Positions 10,418 through 22,681 of a stretch of 41,114 nt of DNA are shown here, piece by piece. The notes beneath the pieces are model-generated. The model had not been told where the DNA came from. It worked only from the letters and a program-made list of their open reading frames with translations, and ran no database searches. A program made the translations under genes and the position numbers. Each line of letters begins with the position of its first letter. Position 1 is the first letter of the stretch. This DNA is from an uncultured Gemmatimonadota bacterium (lineage in GTDB: Bacteria; Blakebacterota; Blakebacteria; Blakebacterales; Blakebacteraceae), in NCBI GenBank assembly GCA_964576115.1, contig CAZNUA010000033.1, positions 1 to 41,114 on the forward strand, in the 5' to 3' direction.

Positions 10418-11050
10418 TCAGCGCGAGAGAAAGGGACTGTCGGTGATGATGAAACGAGCCGGCAGATCGGCTCCGGTCCGCAGGCCGATACGGGGGGTGA
10501 CCGTCACGACCCGATCGGGGACCGTCTCGGAGCCGGAGATCCAGAGCGGCGGAGCGGTCAGATCGGTCCCGTTCAGAGCCCGGGTGATAGCCAGGGCCTG
10601 GGTCAGGCGCGCCGGACCGCTGCAGAGCAGTTTATCTTTCAGCTGCCCGCCGGCTCCCCGGACGGCTTTTCCCCGGCGCTCGGCCATACCCTCCAGGTCG
10701 GCCAGCGGTTCGAGGGCCCGAATCAATGCCGCTCCCACCCCGTCGGGTTCGTGTGCTACGACGTTGAAGCAGTAGTGCATGCCGTAGGTGAAGTAGACGT
10801 ATGCCCGGCCCGGTTCGCCGTACATGATCGCGGAGCGGGGGGTACGCCGCCGGGCGTGCGAACCGGGGTCGCCGGGGCCGAAGTAGGCTTCGGTTTCGAC
10901 GATCCGACCGCCGGCCGCGCGCCCGTTCTCGAGGCGGCGCCAGAGGAACCGGCCGAGCAGGTCGCGGGCCACGGCATCGGTGGCACGGGCATAAAAGGAG
11001 GCCGGCAGCGGCGGGCCGGAACCGGCGACGGGATCTGATCCTCGGGACAC
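10418..11050 (-). CDS. mpg: DNA-3-methyladenine glycosylase (MPG/AAG family)
   Basis: VARDLLG, GRIVETEAY, YVYFTYGMHYCFNVV, LIRALEP, SGPARL and TPRIG motifs. Confidence 0.95.
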   Translation of the reverse strand: MSRGSDPVAGSGPPLPASFYARATDAVARDLLGRFLWRRLENGRAAGGRIVETEAYFGPGDPGSHARRRTPRSAIMYGEPGRAYVYFTYGMHYCFNVVAHEPDGVGAALIRALEPLADLEGMAERRGKAVRGAGGQLKDKLLCSGPARLTQALAITRALNGTDLTAPPLWISGSETVPDRVVTVTPRIGLRTGADLPARFIITDSPFLSR

Positions 11051-11062
11051 GCCGCTCGGCCC

Positions 11063-13192
<2,130 letters not shown>

Positions 13193-13342
13193 TCACACCC
13201 CCGTGAGTGAGCTTCATCAGAGAATCTCGCTCCGGGGGGTGACATCCGGGCCGGGTGCCGGTACCCGTTCCGGTTCCAACCCGGATTCCGGCAACTCTCC
13301 CTGCGGATTTCCGGGAGAGACACCTTCGGGCTGTCGGACGTT

Positions 13343-15922
13343 TCATTCCTGGCGCAGGGTCGTGACCGGATCGAGCCGTCCGGCCCGGCGGGCCGGGAGC
13401 CAGGTGGAGATGAGAGCGATCAGAGCGATGAGCAGCGTGACGACGGCGAAGACCAGGGGATCGTTCGCCTCGACATCTACCAGGAAGCCCTGCACGACCC
13501 GGGCCAGCAGGAGGGCGCCGATGACCCCGGCCACAAGGCTGACACCGAGCAAGCCGGACGATGATCGCATGACCTCGGCGATGATGCGGGCCGGAGCCGC
13601 ACCGATCGCCAGCCGGATGCCGAATTCCCGCCTGCGCCGGGCGATCGCGTAGGTCACCACTCCGTAGATGCCGATCAGGGCCAGCAGCAGGGCCGTCAGT
13701 CCGAAGAGACTCACGATCGTGGCCAGGAGACGGTTGCCGGCCAGGGAGTCGGATACGATATCGGCCAGCGGCCTCAGAGCCGGGGCGGGAATATCGGGAT
13801 CGAGCGCATGGAACACTTCCGTGACCGCCGCCGCCTGCTCGCGGGGATCCCCGGTACAGCGGACGGCCACGTCGAGCGAGGAGCTTGCATACCAGAAGGT
13901 CCAGGGGATGTACACCTGGTTGGAACCGGTCGCCTCGAGGCTCCTGAAGACGGTGTTCCCGACCACTCCGATGACCGTCAGCCACGCTGAATCCGGCCCC
14001 CCGATCTGCAGACGGCGCCCGATCGGATTCCCCTCGGGGAAGAAGCGCTCGACGATCGTCTCGTTCACGAGGACAACCGGTTCGCCCCCGTTGACATCGA
14101 TCGATGTCAGATCACGGCCGGCGAGCAGGGGGATCCCCATGGCGTCGAAGTATTCGGGTCCGGTCGAGTGAATTTCGACGAAAGCATCGTCGTCGGAAAT
14201 ATCTTCGATCCCGTCGATCGCGAGGCGGCTGTCCGTCCACCCGCCGGTCAGAGGGGTGTAGACCGAGACCGATGCCCGCTCGATCCCGGGACGGGCCTCG
14301 AGTGAGCGCACCAGTTCGTCGTAGAACGCCAGGCGCTCGGCCGGAGTCGGATAGGTCGTGCGCGAGAGCGGGAAATCCGCCATGAGTACCCGTTCGGCAT
14401 CGAAACCGGTATCGATCGCGGCCAGTCCGAGGAAACTGCGCAGCAGCAGGCCGCTGACGATCAGGAGAACCACCGTCAGAGACACCTGCAGGCCGACGAA
14501 GACCTTCTGCAGGCGGGCTCTCGTGGCATCCCCGCTCAGGCTCCGTCCCATCACCTGCAGAACCCTGACGACACCGCGGCGCGATATCCTGAACACGGGG
14601 ATGAGTCCGATAAGTCCACCGGCGGCCAGAGCGGCGAGCAGGCCGACCATCAGTACGGTGGTATTGAGCGAGACTCTCTCGAGCAGGGGGATCTGCCCCG
14701 ACAGGTTCCCCAGCAGCAGACGCACGCCGCCGGTGGCAAGGAGCAGACCGAGCAGACCGCCGAGCAGGCCGAGCAGGCCCGATTCGGTCAGGGCCAGCCG
14801 TACGAGGCGGCCGCGTCCGGCTCCCAGGGCGATCCGGACAGCCGTCTCACGCTCCCGCATGACCTGCCGCATCAGCATCAGGCTGGCCACGTTGAGCGCC
14901 CCGATGAGCAGCACCGCGAGAACGGCCAGCTGGAACATGACCAGGGTCGGTCTGACCTGCCAGGTTGCGTAATCCAGCAGACTCTTGACATCGAGCGGGA
15001 TGATCCGTTCCTCCTCATCCCCCTGAGCGGGGATGATCCACGAGGTGTCGGTCACATATTCCCGCGCTGCGGTAACACTCACCCCCTCTTTCAGACGCCC
15101 GACCGTCTGGAGGTAGAAGGCAGAGGGATTCCGCGCGGCACGAGCCAGGGGCGTATAGAGTTCGACCCGCGGTGAGGGGAAGGTGAAGCCTTCGGGCATG
15201 ATCCCGACGATGGTGTGGGGAACATCGCGCAGTTCGATGGTCTGCCCCAGGATACCGGGATCGCCCGCGAACCGGTTCATCCAGAACCCGTGACTCAGTA
15301 TGACGGCATCGGGCGCACCGACCAGATCCTCCTCGGGGGTGAAGGCGCGCCCGAGAGCCGGGGCGACATCCAGGATCGGGAAGAGGTTGGAACTGACCTG
15401 GGACCCGATGATCTCCTCGGGTGTTTCTCCCAGCCGGATCGAGACATAGCGGAAGGCGTACACGGCGACATCTTCGCAGACCTGCTGGCGTTCCTGCAGG
15501 TCTTCCCAGACCGGCCACGAGATCGTCTGCCACCCCCAGGGAATCCGGTGGATGGCGATGAGCCGGTTGGAATCGGGATATGGCAGAGGCTTCAGGACCA
15601 CCCCGTTGAGCAGGGTGAAGATCGTGATGGAGGCTCCCAGGCCGAGAGCCAGGGTACCCAGGGCCGTAGCGGTCCAGCCCGGCGACTGGGCAAAGGTACG
15701 CAGGGTGTAGCGGATATCGTGCAGCAGCATCGATCTGTTCCTCAGTTGCCAGCGGGTGCGCAGGACATCTTCGAGGGCATCGCGGATGATGACCGGCTTC
15801 GTGCGTTCAGCGGTCCGGGCGGCGAGTTCGGCCTCCCATTCGCGCAGCCATTCAGTCCGGCGCTCGGCCGGCACCAGCCGGCTGATGAAACCAAAGAACC
15901 ACCTGCGCCGTCTCTCGGTCAT
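13343..15922 (-). CDS. MacB/FtsX-like duplicated ABC permease (ADOP type) #1
   Basis: DIRYTLR..PG..TLALGLGA, LPYPDS, RETAVRIALGA, REFGIRLAIGA and LPARRA..LDP..LRQE; two MacB_PCD/FtsX halves. Confidence 0.93.
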   Translation of the reverse strand: MTERRRRWFFGFISRLVPAERRTEWLREWEAELAARTAERTKPVIIRDALEDVLRTRWQLRNRSMLLHDIRYTLRTFAQSPGWTATALGTLALGLGASITIFTLLNGVVLKPLPYPDSNRLIAIHRIPWGWQTISWPVWEDLQERQQVCEDVAVYAFRYVSIRLGETPEEIIGSQVSSNLFPILDVAPALGRAFTPEEDLVGAPDAVILSHGFWMNRFAGDPGILGQTIELRDVPHTIVGIMPEGFTFPSPRVELYTPLARAARNPSAFYLQTVGRLKEGVSVTAAREYVTDTSWIIPAQGDEEERIIPLDVKSLLDYATWQVRPTLVMFQLAVLAVLLIGALNVASLMLMRQVMRERETAVRIALGAGRGRLVRLALTESGLLGLLGGLLGLLLATGGVRLLLGNLSGQIPLLERVSLNTTVLMVGLLAALAAGGLIGLIPVFRISRRGVVRVLQVMGRSLSGDATRARLQKVFVGLQVSLTVVLLIVSGLLLRSFLGLAAIDTGFDAERVLMADFPLSRTTYPTPAERLAFYDELVRSLEARPGIERASVSVYTPLTGGWTDSRLAIDGIEDISDDDAFVEIHSTGPEYFDAMGIPLLAGRDLTSIDVNGGEPVVLVNETIVERFFPEGNPIGRRLQIGGPDSAWLTVIGVVGNTVFRSLEATGSNQVYIPWTFWYASSSLDVAVRCTGDPREQAAAVTEVFHALDPDIPAPALRPLADIVSDSLAGNRLLATIVSLFGLTALLLALIGIYGVVTYAIARRRREFGIRLAIGAAPARIIAEVMRSSSGLLGVSLVAGVIGALLLARVVQGFLVDVEANDPLVFAVVTLLIALIALISTWLPARRAGRLDPVTTLRQE

Positions 15923-15947
15923 GTCCGGTTCTCCTTGTGGAATTCCA

Positions 15948-16268
15948 TCACGCCGTCGTCCGACCCCGGGCCGGGGCGATCCCGTCGACCAGGACGGGGA
16001 AGCGTCGTCCGGCCTCGGCCACGATCTCGACGGCGAATTCGGTCAGCCGGTAATACCGTCGGGGCGGGCGGCCCTGTTCGTGCGCAATGGCCCCCTCTTC
16101 CCATTCGGCCGAGGCCAGTCCGGCTTTCTCGAGCCGGCGCAGGACCGGATAGACCGAGCCCCGTCTCAGACCCGTGACGTCGGCGATGTCAAAGCCGTAA
16201 CGGTAGCCCGCCTCGAGCGCCCGCAGAACAGCTGCGGTGGCATACGTCATGCGGATCGGAATATCCAT
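15948..16268 (-). CDS. PadR-family transcriptional regulator #1
   Basis: YGFDI, GSVYPVLRRLEKAG and RRYYRLT motifs. Start moved to ATG 16268. Confidence 0.9.
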   Translation of the reverse strand: MDIPIRMTYATAAVLRALEAGYRYGFDIADVTGLRRGSVYPVLRRLEKAGLASAEWEEGAIAHEQGRPPRRYYRLTEFAVEIVAEAGRRFPVLVDGIAPARGRTTA

Positions 16269-16486
16269 CTTCAGCCTCGAATCCTCTGCTGCGGGTTGAT
16301 GTCCTTTCAGCATTCGACAGTGACGGGACATGGTACGGCAACCCACCATGATTTGTTTCATGCTAGAATGAGATAGATATAGACAACGAAAAATCGTGAC
16401 CGATGATTCCTATCATGATCTGTGATAACGCATGGTCCGCCGACCGGAAGTACCGGCCTTGGCGCTGGAGAATCTGGTGGTATCCC

Positions 16487-16996
16487 CTACCGGTCGGTGA
16501 AACGGTCGGTCGGGAAGCTGAAGTGCATCTGCACGATCTTCCAACCGTCGGCCCGCTTCTCCAGGGTGCCCGACCAGCGTACGTTGAGCCAGCCGGCCTC
16601 GACCCCGCTCCACTCCCCGATGTCATCCAGGTGGGTCCGGAACCAGGCGGCATCGCCGGCCTGGGACAGACCGATATACAGGTCCTTGAGTTCGGTCCGC
16701 ACCGCCCGGAAAGTGGGCGCCATGAAGACCTCGTCGGTCATCCGGGCGAACTGCTCCCACGAGGTGACGGTCGAGGTCGAATCGGGATGCCAGATGAAGA
16801 AATCCTCATCGTGGGCTATGACGCTGAAGAGCAGATCCTTGTCTTTGTTCAGAGCCCACTCGATCGATCCCCTGACGGCCCGCTCCACGGCGGCCTTCTC
16901 GGCTTCGACGTCGACCGGCTCGCTGCAGCCGAGCAGGGTGAGTGAGAGACCGGCCAGTACGGTCAGCGAGGCGAGACAACGGGTTGCGGTCATCAT
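16487..16996 (-). CDS. NTF2/SnoaL-like lipoprotein
   Basis: Lipobox LLGC; C-terminal RWSGTLEKRADGWKIVQMHFS is typical of the SnoaL_3/DUF4440 fold. Confidence 0.85.
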   Translation of the reverse strand: MMTATRCLASLTVLAGLSLTLLGCSEPVDVEAEKAAVERAVRGSIEWALNKDKDLLFSVIAHDEDFFIWHPDSTSTVTSWEQFARMTDEVFMAPTFRAVRTELKDLYIGLSQAGDAAWFRTHLDDIGEWSGVEAGWLNVRWSGTLEKRADGWKIVQMHFSFPTDRFTDR

Positions 16997-17093
16997 GGGA
17001 CGAACTCCGGTTGTGACGGGGTACGGTATCGTGCAAAGAAAATCGGGATCTTCGGTCGGACGAGATTCCCTTACTCCGGAATGACGATTCCGG

Positions 17094-18200
17094 TCACCGA
17101 TATGTTTCGCCGGATATCGAGCTAGAAGAACCGAACAGCACGACGGCCGGCAGCCGTCCCAGAAGCCGGGCCGTCTCCTCGCTGATCGAGTTGCTCAGGG
17201 CGACGATCAGCAGATCTTCATCGGGAAAGCGCCAGATGACGCTCAGAAAGCCGTTGATTCCCCCCTGGTGGCTGATGGTCAGGCGGTCCGCGAAAGCGGT
17301 CTGGATCGTCCACCCATAACCGTAGCCGTTGCGGACCGGAGTGAACATCAGCTCCCGCGAGGCCGGTGTGAGCAGGCGATCGTCGCAGAGTGCCCGGTGC
17401 CAGAGGAAAAGATCGCCCACGGTCGAATACAGCCCCCCCGCTCCGCCGGGAACCGTCATATCGATGTGGGAAGCTTCCCGCAGTTCTCCGGCATCGCTGT
17501 CGAAGGCATACCCGCAGGACATCTCCGGAAGAGCCGGATCGTTGTGGTCATAGCCGGTGTCATGCATGCCGAGCGGCTCGAAGATCCGCTGCTGCAGGAA
17601 TTGTGCGTAGGTGCACCCGGCCGCCTGTTCGATCACGTATGTGAGCACGATGTAATTGGAGTTGGAATAACGGAAGCGCGAGCCCGGTTCGAATTCCAGG
17701 GGCAGATCCTTGAAGAGAGCGATCGTGCCGGGCCATGTGGCCGGATGCTGCGAGTAATCGTCGTATTCGGGCAGTGCCGTGAAGTTGGGGATGCCCGAGG
17801 TATGCGAGAGAAGATGCCGGAGAGTGATCCGATCGCCGGCCGGGTAGTCGGGAATGAAACGTGCCAGCGGATCGTCGTCGTCGAGGCTGCCATCCTCCTG
17901 CAGAAGCAGGACGGCCGCCGCAGTGAAGGCTTTGGTCAGCGATCCGATCCGGAACTTCGTCGCCGGCGTGTTCGGCACGCCCCGCGTCCGATCGGCCAGA
18001 CCGTAGCCCCTGGTCAGCAGCACCCGATCCTCGCGGGCCACCAGAATACTGCCGCTGAAGGTCTGCCCGGCCACCAGCGGCTCGATCAGGTCGTCGAGCC
18101 TCCGTTCCAGGACGGTCTGGGCCTCGATCGAACACGGCGGCAGGAACGTCAGGACGAAAAGCACGGGAATGACAGGGTGTCCTAAGTCGAGGCGCTTCAC
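17094..18200 (-). CDS. Serine hydrolase, beta-lactamase class C/AmpC-like superfamily, secreted
   Basis: FRIGSLTK (SxxK), LLSHTSG, YSN and HQGG motifs; signal peptide. Confidence 0.92.
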   Translation of the reverse strand: MKRLDLGHPVIPVLFVLTFLPPCSIEAQTVLERRLDDLIEPLVAGQTFSGSILVAREDRVLLTRGYGLADRTRGVPNTPATKFRIGSLTKAFTAAAVLLLQEDGSLDDDDPLARFIPDYPAGDRITLRHLLSHTSGIPNFTALPEYDDYSQHPATWPGTIALFKDLPLEFEPGSRFRYSNSNYIVLTYVIEQAAGCTYAQFLQQRIFEPLGMHDTGYDHNDPALPEMSCGYAFDSDAGELREASHIDMTVPGGAGGLYSTVGDLFLWHRALCDDRLLTPASRELMFTPVRNGYGYGWTIQTAFADRLTISHQGGINGFLSVIWRFPDEDLLIVALSNSISEETARLLGRLPAVVLFGSSSSISGETYR

Positions 18201-18429
18201 AGGTGAATCCTCCGCTCGGGTGCGGTACGGATGTCTTATCTCTGACCCGGCACCGCTCTGGAACCCACGCGAAAAGGGGATCTCTCCCGGCGGGATCGTC
18301 CTGCCTACTTACCAGATGTTCCGATCATATCCGCCGGTAACATGCAGCTTGCCGAGCAGTTCTCCCGCGGCCATGTGGCACCGGTCGATCGACATCGAAC
18401 GCCTGCGGGTCCAGCTCCCGGTTCGGGAT

Positions 18430-21159
18430 CTACTCCACCCGTATCGTGGTCACCGGATCGAGGGCCGTGGCCCGCCGGGCCGGCAGAAGCGTAGCCAGCA
18501 GGGCCACCCCGGTCATGACCGCGATCGCGACCAGGTAGAAGATCGGTTCGGTAGCGCTGACGCCGAAGAAAATGCTCGACGCGAAGCGCAGGACGACGAA
18601 AGCCAGCACGGTCCCTCCCAGCAGGCCCAGACCGACCGGCCGGGTGCCCTGCCCCAGGACCAGCCGCACGATCTGGACCGGGCCGGCTCCCAGGGCCATC
18701 CGGATGCCGAACTCCCGGGCCCGTTCGGCGACGGCGTAGGCCACCACCGCATAGACACCGATCATCGCCAGCAGTAGTGCGATCGAAGAGAAAACGCCGA
18801 ACATCCAGCCGTAGATCACAGGTTCCCAGTTCTGCCGTCTGAGATGCTGCTCCAGGGTCATGATGTCGAAAGGAGGCAGATCGGGGTTCACTTCGCGCAG
18901 GATGTCGCGAACAGGACGGACAAGAGCCAGGGGATCCGAGGCTGAACGGATCTCCAGGCTGTTGGCGGTCCGAGGCGACTGGGCCAGGGGCCGGTAGATG
19001 GTGGGTTGGGTTTCACCCAGGAGTTCACGCTGGCAGATGGTTTCCACCACCCCCACCACCGTCATCCAGGCCGGCGCTGCTGTAGTATCGAAGGTGGCAT
19101 GGCGGATCCGCCGGCCGATCGGATCGGCCCCGGGCCAGTTCAGATCGGCGAAACGGCGGTCGACGATCACGACCTGATCGGCGCTGCCGAAGAAATCGCT
19201 ACGTTCGAATTCGCGGCCGCGCAGGAGGGGAATTTCAAGGGTGCTGAAATGTCCGGGGGTCACCACCCGGTAGTACGCGTCGGGAGCCCGCCCCCGTTCG
19301 AAGACAGGACCGCCTTCGATCACATACCCGGTCGATTCGTTGCTGTCCGAAAAGGGCATGATGGTGGCGGCTGCCGCGGTGCTGACCGCCGGATGTATCC
19401 GGATACGATCGAGGATGTCTTCGTAGGTACGTACGGTTTTCGCCGGATCCCTGAAATTGTCCAGGGGTAGTTCGAGGCGCATGGTCAGCACGTTTTCGGT
19501 CGAAAATCCCGGCTCGACCGCATGCAGCCGGGTCACCCCGTGCAGCATGAGGGTGGCCCCGATGAGCAGAACCAGCGCCAGACCGACCTCGACCATCACC
19601 AGGCTCTGGCGGAAAGCACTGCTCCGGCGGCTCCCGACCGCGCGTTCCCCCCCCTCCTTGAGCTGGCCGGCCACATCGCTACGCAGGTTCAGCCAGGCCG
19701 GTCCCGCTCCAGCCAGCAGGCTGGTCAGGAAAGTGATAAAGATCATGATGACCACGACCGGCAGGTGCATCTCGAAATGCACCCAGTAAGGCAGCACGAC
19801 CGGAATCCCGTTCACGATCAGATCGCGCCCCACCCAACCCAGGATCAGGCCGAGGACACCGCCGAGAGCGGCCAGCACGACCGCCTCGGTTCCGAACATG
19901 CGCATGAGTCGGAAGCGCCCGGCGCCCAGTCCGGCCCGGATGGTAATCTCGCGCTGGCGGGTCGAGGAGCGAGCCAGGATCAGCTTGGCGACGTTGGCGC
20001 AGGCCAGCAGCAGGACGAAGGTCACTACTACATAGAAGATGAGCAGGACCTCGCGGATGTCGCCGAGAATGGAATCCTCGAGCGGACGCAGGAGCATGCT
20101 CAGATGGCCGTTGGACTCGGGGAAACGCCGGGCGAGGTCGGCGGCGATGACCCGCAGATCCTCACCCGCCTGTTCGATCGTGGTTCCCGGTTCCAGTCGA
20201 CCGGCGAAGCGCAGGTACTGAGAGCCCCGGGGCAGGCCCCGGTCGCGCCGGATCGGCACCCAGAGCTGGGTATTGGTGGGGAACTGGAAACCGGCGGGCA
20301 TGACGCCGACGATGGTACGGGTCTCGCCGTCGAGGATTATCGGTCGACCGACGATTCCGGGATCGGCCTCGTAGCGCCGGGTCCACAACCGGTGCCCGAG
20401 GATGACGGTGGCCGGTGCCCCCGGTTCTTCGTCATCGGGCAGGAAGCCGCGGCCGAGCAGGGGCTCGACCCGCATGACCCGGCTGAAGTCGGGCGAAACC
20501 GAAAGCCCGGTGATCCGCTCCGGATCGACTCCCGCCGCAGTGAGGGTAAGCGCGAGTTCATGCCAGGCGGTCAGCGCCTCGAAACTGCCGTTCCGCTGCC
20601 GCAGTTCCAGGAAGTCGGGATACTGCCCGCTGGTCGTCCAGCCCTCTTCGACCGAACCGGGCTCGCAGGCGACCAGCGCCCCGAGCTCCTCCAATCCGAG
20701 GGGATTACCCATGACCCCGTAGAGGAAACTGAAGATGGTCGCGTTGGCGCCAATCCCGATTCCGAGACAGAGGACCGCCGCGGCGGTGAAAAGTGGATTG
20801 CGCACGAACATCCGCAGACCGAAACGGATATCCTGACCAAGGGTATCCAACCAGGTGATTCGGGGCCGTTCTTCAGGTGAGGTCTGGCGGTTGCGGCGGC
20901 GGGCGGCCTCGGTCTGCAGGGTGGTCGCTCCGGCTGCCTTGTCCCAGCGCTCGCGCAGGCCGCTGCCGATGACATCGCGCAGTGTCCGCCAGGTGAAGCG
21001 GATGCGGGGCCCGAATCCCGAGCCGGTCCAGACCTCGCGTAGGCGGTCGCGGAAGGTCAGGAGCAGGTCTTCGCCGAGTTGGCGACGGGTCTCGGCCGGC
21101 CAGGCGCGCAGCAGAAGCCGGTAGGCACCGAGCCAGAGCCGCTCGCGCTGCGGGCTCAT
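18430..21159 (-). CDS. MacB/FtsX-like duplicated ABC permease (ADOP type) #2
   Basis: QDIRFGLRMF, LLLACANVA, REFGIRMALGA and LPARRATALDP motifs; start overlaps the padR stop (ATGA). Confidence 0.93.
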   Translation of the reverse strand: MSPQRERLWLGAYRLLLRAWPAETRRQLGEDLLLTFRDRLREVWTGSGFGPRIRFTWRTLRDVIGSGLRERWDKAAGATTLQTEAARRRNRQTSPEERPRITWLDTLGQDIRFGLRMFVRNPLFTAAAVLCLGIGIGANATIFSFLYGVMGNPLGLEELGALVACEPGSVEEGWTTSGQYPDFLELRQRNGSFEALTAWHELALTLTAAGVDPERITGLSVSPDFSRVMRVEPLLGRGFLPDDEEPGAPATVILGHRLWTRRYEADPGIVGRPIILDGETRTIVGVMPAGFQFPTNTQLWVPIRRDRGLPRGSQYLRFAGRLEPGTTIEQAGEDLRVIAADLARRFPESNGHLSMLLRPLEDSILGDIREVLLIFYVVVTFVLLLACANVAKLILARSSTRQREITIRAGLGAGRFRLMRMFGTEAVVLAALGGVLGLILGWVGRDLIVNGIPVVLPYWVHFEMHLPVVVIMIFITFLTSLLAGAGPAWLNLRSDVAGQLKEGGERAVGSRRSSAFRQSLVMVEVGLALVLLIGATLMLHGVTRLHAVEPGFSTENVLTMRLELPLDNFRDPAKTVRTYEDILDRIRIHPAVSTAAAATIMPFSDSNESTGYVIEGGPVFERGRAPDAYYRVVTPGHFSTLEIPLLRGREFERSDFFGSADQVVIVDRRFADLNWPGADPIGRRIRHATFDTTAAPAWMTVVGVVETICQRELLGETQPTIYRPLAQSPRTANSLEIRSASDPLALVRPVRDILREVNPDLPPFDIMTLEQHLRRQNWEPVIYGWMFGVFSSIALLLAMIGVYAVVAYAVAERAREFGIRMALGAGPVQIVRLVLGQGTRPVGLGLLGGTVLAFVVLRFASSIFFGVSATEPIFYLVAIAVMTGVALLATLLPARRATALDPVTTIRVE

Positions 21160-21542
21160 GTCGTGAGCCCCTCCGCGGTACCGGGCTCGGGGAGCAGATC
21201 GCGGGCGCCGGCGTCGCGCACGAGCCGCTGGAGCCGGACCGCTTCAGCCTTCACGATCCGGCGGCCCAGTGGGGTGAGCGCGAAGTACCGGCGCCGGGCA
21301 TCGTCTTCTTCGGGATCGGGTCGCCGGCCCGACTCCCTGATGACACCTTCAGCCAGCAGTTTGCGGAGCGAACGGTACAGATTGCCCGGTTCGATTGAGA
21401 GCTCTCCCCCGCTCTCGACTTCGACCTGCTTGACGATATTGTAGCCGTGCCGCTCCCCTTCGGTCAGGACCATGAGAATTCTGAAGACCACCGGATTGAG
21501 TGGCAGGAAGGCGGCGGCCTCGCGGTCAAGACGTGCAGTCAT
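21156..21542 (-). CDS. PadR-family transcriptional regulator #2
   Basis: FRILMVL, RHGYNI, PGNLYRSL and RRRYFALT motifs. Confidence 0.92.
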   Translation of the reverse strand: MTARLDREAAAFLPLNPVVFRILMVLTEGERHGYNIVKQVEVESGGELSIEPGNLYRSLRKLLAEGVIRESGRRPDPEEDDARRRYFALTPLGRRIVKAEAVRLQRLVRDAGARDLLPEPGTAEGLTT

Positions 21543-21559
21543 CGGGTACTCCCCGTCAG

Positions 21560-21577
21560 CGGCATGGTATCATGCCG
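21560..21577. promoter_or_regulatory. Palindrome upstream of padR #2, candidate operator
   Basis: CGGCATGGTATCATGCCG, 18 bp upstream of the start codon. Confidence 0.45.
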
Positions 21578-21655
21578 TCAAATAGACACTACAAATACGT
21601 ATACCACTCCTGCCGGGTTGCGTCACGGAAAAGAAAGACTGGATTCGGGAGCCGG

Positions 21656-22618
21656 TCAGGAAATCGGAGGCTCCGCTTCAGCCGCCGGAGGTTGTTCTCC
21701 AGCCACCGGAGGAACGAACCAGATGAAATCGCCCTCCTCGATCAGTCCTTCCTCGCGAAGCGCGGCTGCGGAAGGAACACTTTCGACCGTCTGCGGCATC
21801 ACCACCAGCTGATGCAGGTCGGACCGACGCCAGGCGACCCGGGTGGGAATGCCCTGTCCGAAGACGGCGTGGCCGCTGCCTACGATCACGAGCACCTGCA
21901 GACGCTCGTCGGGGATGATGTTGAAAGCCTTGACCACGTTCCAGGCCATGATCTCGTTCCAGGCCGTCTGGGAGGCAAACATCCCCGCCATCATCTCGTC
22001 GCTGGCGTGCGGCATGTGCCGGGCGGTGGCGAAGAACCACTCTTTATAGCGGGCTTCCTCGGGCAGGTCGATCCGGTTCCAGAAACCGGGGGGGAGCCAG
22101 ACGCTGAGCGAATCGGGCATCGCCTCGCGCCCGTCGGTGCGGACCGAGCGCACCACCGCCCGCGGCGCATTGAGGCCGAAGATGCGAATCCCGTTCTCGT
22201 GGGCGTACAGCAGCATCGGCCGGTAGCCCTCATAGGGATGGCCCCAGGTGTGCTCCCAGTAGATGGCGTCGAGCCATTCGATCTCGGACAGCCAGCCCCA
22301 GCTGAAAGCGTCAAGCAGGGGCTGCTGGCTGGAGTGGAACATCTCCCAGCCCATGACCAGCGAGGAATTGCGGGTGTGCAGGGCTTCGAGAACGGCCAGC
22401 TGGACCCGGTGGTGGGCCAGATCGGTATGCGTTTCCCCCACGTAGACGACGTCGGCCCCGGCCAACCGGTCCATCATCTGCTCCACCGTGATGAACGCCC
22501 CGTCTTCGGAATCGAAGACCGGCCGATCGAAAGTCTGGGCCAGCAGCCCGGCCGAAGGAGCGCCGGCCACCGTCACGAACAGGATCGGTAACCCACAAAC
22601 GAATCTGCGAAGCGACAT
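21656..22618 (-). CDS. ChaN-family (haem-uptake, TIKI/EreA superfamily) exported protein
   Basis: DVVYVGETH...HHRVQL, GWEMF, W..Y.P, GLNAPR and VIVGSGH motifs; signal peptide. Confidence 0.85.
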   Translation of the reverse strand: MSLRRFVCGLPILFVTVAGAPSAGLLAQTFDRPVFDSEDGAFITVEQMMDRLAGADVVYVGETHTDLAHHRVQLAVLEALHTRNSSLVMGWEMFHSSQQPLLDAFSWGWLSEIEWLDAIYWEHTWGHPYEGYRPMLLYAHENGIRIFGLNAPRAVVRSVRTDGREAMPDSLSVWLPPGFWNRIDLPEEARYKEWFFATARHMPHASDEMMAGMFASQTAWNEIMAWNVVKAFNIIPDERLQVLVIVGSGHAVFGQGIPTRVAWRRSDLHQLVVMPQTVESVPSAAALREEGLIEEGDFIWFVPPVAGEQPPAAEAEPPIS

Positions 22619-22681
22619 CGCATCTCTCCCGCGTCAAACGAAGATGATGGTAGGGGAATATAGGTGCCGAGCGCGCTCCGG

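Noticed and set aside
13250..13292. Degenerate hexamer run (CCGGTA/CCCGTT/CCGGTT) between ligA and permease #1
   Set aside because: Short low-complexity GC-rich tract with no spacers; not a CRISPR array or an evident element.
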